Program-made: the position numbers and the translations under genes | Notes under the pieces: generated by a model | The model's input: only the letters and a program-made list of their open reading frames with translations | What the model was told of the DNA's origin: nothing | The model's database searches: none | Assembly: GCF_030028105.1 (NCBI RefSeq) | Contig: NC_092376.1 | Span: forward strand, 158,936,212 to 159,000,211 | DNA: 64,000 nt | Source of the DNA: Mobula birostris | Taxonomy: Eukaryota | Direction: 5' to 3' | Shown here: positions 25,823 to 36,774 of the stretch, in pieces | Numbering within the stretch: position 1 is the first letter of the stretch | Layout of the letters: each line of letters starts with the position of its first letter

Positions 25823-26631
25823 CAGTGTATTCTGGTTAACAGGGACACACTGGGACCAGTACATTTTGGCCCAATTAAGTGGCTGCCCCAATTAGCTGAA
25901 GTTTCATGGAAGTAGCAAAAAAGTATAAAGAAGACAAACTGAGTAACAAATTATGTATTTCAATGAAATACGGAATAAATCAGAACTAATTGAACTACAG
26001 TACTATAAAACTCTGTATTAGTTCCTAATCATTATCAACAGAGCAATTCATCCAGTGTACACTGCAGTTTCTTTTGACAGTAAATGAACAAAATCAGCGC
26101 AGCACCAAGTGCAAATAATGGACTGACTTCATGCAATGCTTTTGATGATTACATCCTTTAAGTCTTCATTTTCTTTGTAACATTCAAGATGATTGCTGAT
26201 ACCTTCAAATTCTTCATAGGTCCTAACTTGTTGATGTAGTGAAATTGTTTCATTTTCACTCCCGGGCGTTCCTGGCATCCTGAATATTGAAAGCACAGTG
26301 AGCAAAATAGTTCCGAATTGTCTTACTGCTTATTTCTTGCCGATTATCAGTGGCAAAAATCACTGCTTTTTGAAGAACCACATGCAACTGATGTTACTTT
26401 AAAATTGCTCGCTGCAAGCATGGTGTAGTGTCTAATGGCCACACAAATGCACAAACTGACACTAGTTAGAAACTGTTGAGCAACTGTCTTCTGAACCAAT
26501 TAAGCAACATAGTGTCCCAAATAAATGAAGAGGATCCTGGCTATTTTTTGATTAGTTTTTGTTCTTTAAGAGCTGTCACAAATAACTCCCTGTCCCAATT
26601 AACCGATGGACCAATTAACCCAAATCTATTG
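25823..26631. mobile_element. Tigger/pogo-like non-autonomous DNA transposon nested in a Rex1-type 3' fragment (about 25770-26950, minus)
   Basis: TA|cagtgtattctggttaa ... ttaacccaaatctattg|TA termini with TA flanks. Repeated ccaattaa subterminal motifs. Host ORF 26765-27007 has HP...LQKLPSG..Y..IKTKT. Confidence 0.7.
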
Positions 26632-26989
26632 TATATTAAAATAAGTTAAAATACGGAAATGGAATAAAATAGGTATAAATACATAAATGCTAGCAAGTAT
26701 TTAGAATATAAACAGCATTATAAAAAGTGGTTTCAAATTTTTACAATGCGGTGCTGTGACTGAGCTAATAGATAGAGGGGGGTGGGGGCTCACCAGAATG
26801 ATTGATCATATTAACTGCCTGGAGGAAGAAACATTTAAGATGGTGTGAAGTTTTTGTTTTAATACCCTTATAGTACATTCCAGAAGGGAGCTTTTGTAAA
26901 ATGCAGTTTGTAGGATGTGTTAATGTCGACATAGATTTTTCTTGCCCGCTTATTTGTCCTGGATACATATAAATCCCACTGTAATAGGA

Positions 26990-27226
26990 GACTGCATTCA
27001 ATGACAATAATAAATCCCCACTGTCTTACAATTAGGTGATCATAATTAGCCAAGAAGATACTAGAATAAAATTTGGAAAATTGGAAAATTATATACATTT
27101 CTTGTCCTGCATTGATGGTAGACTGCAGCCAATGATAAAATCAAATCCCCATTGCTTTACAATTAGGTGATCATAATTAGCAAGAAATTACTAGAAAAAA
27201 ATTAAAATTGCAATTAATAGACATTT
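26990..27226 (+). repeat. Diverged local tandem duplication, unit about 131 bp
   Basis: Units start gactgca at 26990 and 27121 and share the identical core ttacaattaggtgatcataattagc. Confidence 0.85.
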
Positions 27227-30200
27227 GTTTAGGAGAAGTTACAGGAACAGACCTAGAAACTGGATCTGGATGTGGGAGGCACAATTAGTAAGTTCATTGA
27301 TGACACAAAGATAGAAGATAGAATATAGAACTGCAAAGCACAGAAGCAGGCACTACAGCCCGTCATGACTACACCAACTGCAATGCCTGTCTCACTGGTT
27401 TAATCTCACCTTCTCCATTTGTGCATGAATCAGCCAATGATAACCAGATTTACTTCACAATGATGGAAAGAGCCAAAACTTTTCCTGGTGAAGAAAGTAT
27501 CGAAAGGACAGTAAGAGATTTCAATTGAATACTTCTAGATATTTAGTTTTGCAATTAGTGGTAGCACCTCAGTATCAACGTATTAGGATTATACTGCGAA
27601 GACGTTTAATCCTAACCACCTACTAAAAGTCTTGGTTTTTGAGCTATATTTTTCTCTTCCCTAGTTCTAGTTATGCCTCTTTTTGATTCAGAATAGATGA
27701 TTATTTTGCAGTCACTTAAGTGGCATCTTCCTCTCCAAAGTCATCCTCTTCTCTCTCCACCATTACTGCTTTTTATGATCTCATTTAAACCATTTTTGCA
27801 TTGATGTTATTAGAAAATATTATTTAAACTAGAAGTCAAATATTAGTGTAGTCAGCAGTATTATAATGCAGAGTCACATTTTAGAAGAAAAACAACTGTA
27901 GAAAAGATCATTTGGAATCAACTGGAGTTAATTGTTTTTTTTTATCTAATTTGGGCTGGGTTGCTTCGACATAAGTATAGTCACATGAAGGAAAAGATGT
28001 TACGTACAGCCATTCTTAAACATGCACTACAGTCTGATTTCCAATTAAACTTTACTTTGTGCTGGAGATGTAAGGGACACGACACTGGACCATTTGTACT
28101 GTGAAGCAAAGTGAGTGATTCAACATGTCACAGAATGAATATTGAATTCACGGTTATCACCATCATCTTGCTGAGTGCAGCAGACAGCAATTTCATCAAA
28201 TACTTTCTTTACAATGATACAAATCATACATCATCAGGGTGAACCATGTCTTATGTTACTTATGTAAATTATCACCTTGATGGAACTGCCGCATGAATTT
28301 TCTTTCTTTGCCAAAAAGAAAGGTTTACTAGATTTTTTCTTACCTTATTCCCTGTATTTCAGTGAGGCCATCCTAATATTAGCCTTTCAGTTCCTTCTTA
28401 ACTTACCTCTTCTGTTTATTTCCCTGTGATTCCACCCTCAACCAACATCAGAACATTCTATTCCTCTCTAATCCAGTGATCTTTTTAGCTGTGTGCTGTG
28501 TGTTCAAGCAACATTGCTTTCACTTAAATTTTTGATGGATGTTTTTTGTAAGTAAAATAATTTTGCCCTTTAAAAAAACAGAATAATGTTGAGGGGTAGG
28601 AGGGAGATGTGATGATCCAAAGTGAAAATTATATTTGACATTTTATATGGATTTTGTTTAGGTTTTGCTGAAGTTTAGCTTCTTCTAATTCATTTTTTCC
28701 TCTGTGATTAAAACTGTTAAAAGGGAATCCATTGGGAGCTCTGCATTTTATTCAAATAATGTTTGAAGATTAATAATGTACGTAATTATTCAATTGCTTC
28801 ATTTTTGTGCTTCAGTTATCCAAATATGCTCTGGAAAATAAACATAAAAATAGGTTGAAATGTTTGTTTTGGTCCTTATCACACAAGCAGTTGTAGTTGA
28901 TTTAAGGAAGCAATTATGCAGTAAAGCAACACCCTCAAAACATTCAAGTTAACAATCTCTACTGTATATGAAATTTCATCAGAGTTCCATTATTAATGTA
29001 GAAAGGCAAATTAATTCTTATCAGATGAAATGAAAATGAAAGAATATATATTTTAATTGATCTAAGCTGATTAGGATCCACTGCGAGTTGACACTGCAGT
29101 CTAATTTTATGTAAAATAAATTACTTGACAAGAATGCAAAACCTGTAGGTTAAATATTGTAACTGTTATAAAGCTGTTAATGTTCCAAGTTGCTCATACT
29201 GATTGTTAGAAAGGTTCACTGATGTTGAGGAGTCCTAGAAGCAAAAAGATTCAGAACAGGGATGGGCTCTGATGACTCAGCAGTACTTTAAAAGAACACA
29301 AGAAATGGTGGTAAAGAAAGACTATAATAATGCGAATTCTAGAATCTGAGAGAATTAGGTAAGAAAATCTTTGATTCTAAAAAGACAGTGTCTAATTCTT
29401 CAACAGAATCTTTAAGCATCACTTTACAGCAGCAGTCTGTAGTCTTTCAAAAGACCCTTTGACTGAAACAGTAGCATATGTTCCCAATAATTTTAAGATA
29501 CTATGATGACTCCGTACTTGCTTTCAAATGATGTGCATAAAATCAGTTGCAGTATCTTACAGAGCTCCAGCCTGACAAGAAAAATTAACTAATCATCGTC
29601 CATTCTGAGCAAGAATAATGGTGACTGTATGTAGTCTTGTTGGTTTCATGTAAAGCTGATTACATTTGATGAACTGTGCTGATTATGCTGTTTGAACTGA
29701 GTGCCAGCTTAAGGCAACTGAGTAAGTCACAGGGTTGAATTGTGTCAGTATTGTAGTTTGATCTGCAAATGAAAGAATATTTCTGCGGAAATCTGGAAAG
29801 TGAGTTTCTATTGACTGAAATTGAAACAGAAATTTGTGACTCAGAAGGACATCATTGTATCCATGAATTCAAAGAAAAATTAGCTTTTTGGGTTTCCCCT
29901 ACTTCTCAGCACTTGATGTCCAGCTCAGTAGGTCTTCATGTCTTCATCCTATTAAATCAAGGATAAATTCTGCCTCCACCCCTCTTTCAGCAGTGATTTC
30001 CAAACTTTACTGCTTTTTAACCAGAATGAGAATTGGTGGCGGCAGTTTTGCGGGTAGACAGATATTAGAATCTGAAACTCTGAGTTACAAAACAATATTA
30101 ATTACCTTGTGGCATTAATTTGCAAGGAAAAATATCACCATCAGAAGGAAAATAATAGCAGAATTAGCTCTCAATGAACAATTCATTTGCTCTTATAACT

Positions 30201-31310
30201 AATGACCAAACCTTACAAGTATTTACAGTCTGATAATTTGTGTGAATTTTCATGTTGCAGGATGCATTATCAGAAGCATTTTCATTTTTTTGCCAAAATA
30301 GCATTTAAGGTCAAGAGTTCCTTTATGGAGGGAGGAGGCACATGAGAGAAATGCCTAGAAATTGGACTCTGTACGCTTTAGGGTGACCTATTATAGTGCT
30401 GCAGAAAGCAGTGCTACCAAGTCCTTAAATGCAAAAAAAAAAATACTGTGTAATTGAGTTGTCCTTTCTTTAAGATATCATATCATGGTTTGATCTCTTT
30501 TAAATGTGTTAAGACTGAACCTACATATTGCAATGGATCTCCCTCAGATACAAATAGAATCCAGAGTACATACTATATCATACATTCAGAATGATATGTG
30601 TATAACTTAAAACAGGAGGATGAAGTGATTATGTTATGAAGCTGAGGCAAAGGGTTGTTAATGAAGATAAAGCGAAGCAAGTCAAATTGCCAGTCGTTGC
30701 ATAAAACCGATTTCAGTGGGGCAGTAATGATGTTGGTTGGCATGGTAAGGTGGCAGAAGCAATTTCCTATTGGTGAGCCTCAGAATGCTATACACATCGG
30801 TTAATGAGGAAAATCCAGTTATCTTTTATTTAATAAAATGTATTTTTTTGCATTTTCAATGTCTATTGTTTTGTTGGCATTTTATATTGTGAGAACAGTA
30901 AAAACCAACAAGGCCATGTAAAGGACAATCAGTTCATCAAACCATACTATCATTCAATGAGATCATAGCTGTCATGTACCTCAACTTATTCTCACTGTCA
31001 AAAACTAATCCCACCATATGCAGTCTATCTGACCATTCTATATGTGTGAATGTTTTTCCTGAAAACCACAACTATAAGGATGGAGATGAAATGTAAACCT
31101 GACATGGAGAGCTCACATGAGTAGGTGGGATACAGGTTTTATAATTCACTAAACCTTGACCTGATCCCATCAATGTACTGCTGAACAGGCTAGATCAGAA
31201 TTTAATCCATAGTCTGGATAATAATAATGTGGTAAATCTTGACAATTAATATTGGTTTTGTGGAGAAACAGATCATTCTTGTTATATTAATAAGCTTTTT
31301 TGTTATTCAG

Positions 31311-31499
31311 ATGACACAGGAACAGTACTTGACTCAACGAAACAACATCCAGACCTCAGAAAACCAATATGTCTACAAAATTGGGATTTACGGCTGGCGA
31401 AAGCGGTGCCTTTATTTGTTTGTCCTCCTCTTGATGATTCTGCTGTTGGTGAATCTTGCTCTGACAATATGGATCCTGAAAGTCATGAATTTTACAAAA
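31311..31499 (+). CDS. SGCG: First coding exon of a gamma/delta/zeta-family sarcoglycan, most likely gamma-sarcoglycan (cytoplasmic N-terminus plus TM helix)
   Basis: Translates to [63 protein letters not shown] (63 codons). Acceptor ttttttgttattcAG lies directly before the ATG, with a phase-0 donor AAA|GTAAGT at 31500. [11 protein letters not shown] is the family signature. [12 protein letters not shown] and NLALT match human SGCG as recalled. Family confidence is very high, paralog assignment lower. Confidence 0.8.
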
Positions 31500-31989
31500 G
31501 TAAGTAGCAACAATGAAAATGATTTATTTTTAATATGTAAACTATATAAAGTGATTACATATGAATGCTGGCAATTAAAAATGACCAATTAAAGAAACGT
31601 TAATAATTTTTTTCATTATATACAATTCAGTCTGCTTTGGCTGAAACACATGTGTCTATGGACTTGCTGTCCAAGAATTTGGTGTTGCTTTTGGTGATCT
31701 CTGAGGAACAACCTTCTCCTCCTCAGTCCACAGTCACAAATCAAAACTGACCTTTGGCTCCAATTTAGCTGGACTGATAATTGGATCAGGGAATGCTGGT
31801 GGCCTCTCTACCCTCGATAATCTCTCTTTTGTCCCATTTCTCAGTGAGGTGGGTTTATAGGCACTTGATTTAGTAGTGAACATTTAGATGTCCTGTTCAC
31901 TTTTATTTCATCATCTATTCTTTAGGTCACAGGTTTCCTACTGGACCTCAGTCTTCAGGTGACTGTAAAGCTGTTTCATTTGTCCTGAG

Positions 31990-32355
31990 TTGTAGTACTC
32001 CAGTTCAAGAATTACTTGCTGTTGCAATTAAGTGGCACTGGATTTTATCAACCCTGTCCTGGAGTTTACTGGTACGGAAATCAGACGTCTCTTCATGGAT
32101 ACTAAATGCGGTGCCTTGACCTCTGTATCTCCTGTTCCATAAGGCATAGGAGCAGAATTAGGCCATTTGGCCCATTGAATCTGCTCCACCTGTCATCATG
32201 GCTGAATGTTCCATGGGTGTCAGATTGTTTGTGAGGTGTTGTCTGAGACTTTAAACATTGATTTTCAGGTGACAATGTTCCTAATAATGCTGTTCTTTTC
32301 TAGCCAGGAAGATGGAAGTAACATAACAAATTAAACAGTGGTCAATGCAGCAGTC
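31990..32355 (-). repeat. Old (RTE-like?) segment also present at 43374-43666, carrying a 66-bp CR1 3' insert
   Basis: Colinear similarity to 43374-43666. Insert 32141-32206 is flanked by TGTTCCAT direct repeats. Confidence 0.8.
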
Positions 32356-34012
32356 TATGCAGTGCTCAATGATACATTGAGATCGGGATTACAATAATAA
32401 CAGTTAACATGTACAAGCACAAATTCCAAGTTACAAATATAATTTAACCTCCCAATCTCATAGTAACTGACCATTAAAAAGATATTTTATAAAGAGAGAA
32501 AAAAGAAACCCCCTAAACTAAAAAAAACAAGTAAACTAAAAAAAAAAGAAACAAAGCTTGGGCTGTCACATTACCTCGGCTAAAATTATTATTTGTCGTT
32601 AACTCCACTCCTCTATACACGAACAAAAAATTACGACAAAAGATTTAGAAGGGGTCAACTTACATCATATGAAAATATTGAATAAATGGCCTCCGAGTTT
32701 CTTCAAATTTAACCGAAGGATCCATAGTACCACTCCAAATTTTTTCCAAGTTTAGGCATGCTATCAATTGGGAAAAGCATTGAACTGTAGTGGGGGGATT
32801 AGAATCTTTCCATTTAAATAAAATGGATCTTCTGGCTATTAATGTAACAAATGCAATTAGACGACAAGCTGACAAGGATAAGCAACTAGAGTCTATCACT
32901 GCTAGTCCAAAAATTGTGGATAATAGGATGAGGTTGAAAATCAATACGCAAAACTACTGAAATAATATCAAAAATATCTTTCCAATATTTTTCTAGAAGA
33001 GGACAAGACCAGAACATATGTGTCAAGGAAGCTACCTCAGAATTACATCTATCACAAACAGGATTTATGTGGCAATAAAAACAAGCTAACTTATCCTTGG
33101 ACGTATGAGCCCTATGTACCACCTTAAATTTTATCAAAGTGTGTCTGGCACACGTTCAGGAAGTATTGACTAATTGAAGAATTTTCTCCCATTTTTCTGC
33201 AGATAAAGATATTTGAAGTTCTCTTTCTCACTTGTTCTTAATTTTATCAGATGTAGCTAGACGTATTTTCATAATCAGATCATAAATAAGTGCTATTAAA
33301 CTCTACTGATAGGGGTATAAACCTAAAAGTTTTTCTGTAACTTCAATTTGATGCGATATTGGAAAAGTAGATAAAGTAGCATTCAAAAAGTTTCTAATCT
33401 TTAAATATCTGAAAAAGTGTGATCTAGGCAAATTATATTTATTAGACAACTGTTCAAAGTACATAAAACAATCATCCATGAATAAATAACAAAAGTATGT
33501 TATTCCCTTTGTTTTCTGTAGCAGAAAAGCTTGATAAATTCTAGATGGTTGAAAGAAAAAATTAGATATAATAGAACTTGACAGGATAAATTTGTTCAAT
33601 GCAAAGAATTTACAAAATTGAAACCATATTCATAATGTATGTTTAATTATTGGATTTATCACTTGTTTATTTAATTTAGTAAGTGCAAAGGGAAGCACAG
33701 CTCCTAGAATAGAATCCAGTGAAAATCCCTGTACAGACTCCCGCTCGAGGTTCATCCATTGTGGACTTTGAGTTTCATCCAATTCTTGTCTCCAAAAAGT
33801 TAAATATGGAATGTTAATTGCCCAGTAGTAAAATCTAAGATTCGGCAAAGCCAAACCGCCTTCATTCTTTTGATTTCTATAAATATTTCTTACTTAACCT
33901 AAGGTTTCTATTCTGCCATATATATGAAGAAATTTTACAATCAATAATATCAAAAAAAGATATAGGGATAAAAATTGATACCATCTGAAATAGATACAGA
34001 AATTTAGGTAAA

Positions 34013-35260
34013 ATACTTTATACTTTATTGTCGCCAAACAATTGATACTAGAACGTACAATCATCACAGCGATATTTGATTCTGCGCTTCCTGCTCCCTG
34101 GATTACAAATCGATAGTAAATATTAAAAATTTAAATTATAAATCATAAATAGAAAATAGAAAAATGGAAAGTAAAGTAGTACAAAAAAACCGAGAGGCAT
34201 GTCTGGATATTTGGAGGGTACGGCCCAGATCTGAGTCAGGATCTGTTCAGCAGTCTTATCATAGTTGGAAAGAAGCTGTTCCCAAATCTGGTCGTACGAG
34301 TCTTCAAGCTCCTGAGCCTTCTCCAAGAGGGAAGAGGGACAAAAAGTGTGTTGGCTGGGTGGGTCGTGTCCTTGATTATCCTGGCAGAACTGCTCCAACA
34401 GCGTGTGGTGTAAACTGAGTCCAAGGATGGAAGATTGGTTTGTGTGATGTGCTGCGCTGTGTTCACGGTTTTCTGCAGCTTCTTCCGGTCTTGGACAGGA
34501 CAACTTCCATACGAGGTTGTGATGCACCCTAGAAGAATGCTTTCTACGGTGCATCTATAAAAATTAGTGAGGGTTTTAGGGGATAGGCCAAATTTCTTTA
34601 GTTTTCTCAGGAAGAAAAGCGCTAGTGGGCCTTCTTGGCAGTGGACTCTGCTTGGTTGGACCAAGTCAGGTCATTTGTGATATTGACCCTGAAGAACTTA
34701 AAGCTTTTGATCTGTTCCACTTGCGTACCACCGATGTAAATTGGGTCGTGCGGTCCGCTACTCCTTCTGAAGTCAACAACCAATTCCTTCGTCTTGCTGA
34801 CATTGAGGGATAGGTTATTGTCTTCGTACCATGCCACCAGGTTTTTAATTTCCTCTCTGTACTCAAACTCATCATTACCCGAGATACGGCCTACAGTTGT
34901 TGTGTCATCAGCAAACTTATATATTGAGTTCGATGGAAACTTGGCTGCACAACCATGGGTGTACAGTGAGTACAGCAGAGGGCTGAGTACACAGCCTTGT
35001 GGGGCACTGGTGCTCAGAGTGATTGTAGAGGAGAGCTTGTCCCCTATTTTTACAGCCTGGGTTCTGTATGTCAGGAAGTTGAAGATCCAGCTGCAAATAT
35101 GAGTGCTAAGGCCCAGGTTCCGGAGCTTAGGAATCAGTTTATTTGGAATGATGGTATTAAAGGCAGAGCTGTAGTCAATGAAAAGGAGCCTTACGTATGC
35201 GTCTTTATCCTCCAGGTGTTCTAAGGAGGAATGTAGGGCCAAAGAGATGGCATCTGCCAT
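34013..35260 (-). mobile_element. Rex1/Babar LINE (5'-truncated) inserted in L1 ORF2
   Basis: [45 protein letters not shown]; tail aataaagtataaagtat. L1 reads ..RINTIK before the insert and ILPKFLY after it. Confidence 0.92.
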
Positions 35261-35551
35261 CTTCACCTTAATAGTATTAATTCGACCAATCAAAGATAAG
35301 GACAATGGGGACCATTTAGTAAACAGTTGTTTAACATGATTAATTAAGGGCAAAAGATTAACTTCAAATAAATCCGTATGCTTCTCAGTAATTTTAACAC
35401 CCAAAGAAGTAAAATAATCAGTAACTAATCTAAATAGTGATTGTCTATTAATTGGAACTTCCATATTTAATGGAAAAAGCACACACTTATCAAGATTCAG
35501 TATATAACCAAAAAAACTACTGAACTGAGCAAATAGTGTTATTACTGCAGG

Positions 35552-36774
35552 CACAAGGAAATCTGCAGATACTGGAAATTCAAGCAATACACCTTAAAAG
35601 TGCTGGTGAACGCAGCAGGCCAGGCAGCATCTCTAGGAAGAGGTAGAGTTGACGTTTCAGACAGGGACCCTTCGTCAGGACTAACTGAAAGAAGAGATAG
35701 TAAGAGATTTGAAAGTGGGAGGGGGAGGGGGAGATCCGAAATGATAGGAGAAGACAGGAGGGGGAGAGTGGATCTAAGAGCTGGAAAAGGGAAAGGATCA
35801 TGGGACAGGAAGCCTGGGGAGAAAGAGAAGTGGAGAGGGTGGAGAGCAGGCAAGGAGTTATAGTAAGAGGGACAGAGGGAGAAAAAATTGAGAGAGAGAA
35901 AAAAGGGGTGGAAAATAAAAAAATATATAAAATAAATAAATAAGGAATGAGGTGTGAAGGGGAGGAGGGGAATTAAAGGAAGTTTGAGAAGTCAATGTTC
36001 ATGCCATCAGGTTGGAGGCTACCCAGATGGAATATAAGGTGTTGTTCCTCCAACCTGAGTGTGGCTTCATCTTGACAGTAGAGGAGGCTGTGGATAGACA
36101 TATCAGAATGGGAATGGGACATGGAATTAAAATGTGTGGCCACTAGGAGATCCTGCTTTCTCTGGCAGACGGAGCGTAGGTATTCAGCGAAACGGTCTCC
36201 CAGCCTGCGTTGGGTCTCGCCAATATATAGAAGGCCGCACCAGATGCAGTATATCACCCCAGCCGACTTACAGGTGAAATGTCGCCTCACCTGGAAGGAC
36301 TGTCTGGGCCCCTGAGTGGTGGTGAGGGAGGAAGTGTAAGGGCATGTGTAGCACTTGTTCCACTTACAAGGAAAAGTGCCGGGAGAGAGATCGGTGGGAA
36401 GGGATGGGGGGGTATGAATGGATAAAGGAGTCGCGTAGGAAGTGATCCCTGTTTAAAGCAGAAAGGGGGGCGTACGGAAAGATGTGCTTGTTGGTGGGAT
36501 CCCGTTGGAGGTGGCGGGAGTTACGGAAAATTATATGTTGAACCCGGAGGTTGGTGGGGTGGTAGGTTAGGACAAGGGGAACTCTATTCCTAGTGGGGTG
36601 GCGGGAGGATGGAGTGAGAGCAGATGTGCGTGAAATGGGAGAGATGTGTTTGAGAGCAGAGTTGATGTTGGAGGAAGGGAAGCCTCTTTCTTTATAAAAG
36701 GAAGAACATCTCATTCATCCTGGAATGAATAGCCTCATCCTGAGAGCAGATGCAGCGGAGACAGAGGAATTGCA
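35552..36774 (-). mobile_element. Penelope-like element (GIY-YIG endonuclease plus terminal repeat) inserted in L1 RT
   Basis: ORF 35973-36290 has FTC...VIYCIWC..LYIGET.RRL..RFAE...E..LIF.LGSLQP.GMN. The L1 frame rejoins as SNPEKSM|[11 protein letters not shown] when the insert is removed. Confidence 0.92.
35647..35683 (-). ncRNA. Minimal type I hammerhead ribozyme motif in the Penelope-like terminus
   Basis: The minus strand reads agtc CTGACGA agggtccctgtct GAAAC GTC aact: complete CUGANGA/GAAA/NUH core with short stems. Minimal hammerheads are known from Penelope-like elements. Confidence 0.7.

Noticed and set aside
31239-31592. 117-aa ORF as a complete protein
   Set aside because: Only 31311-31499 is exon. 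The flanking codons are intron read-through past clear splice sites.
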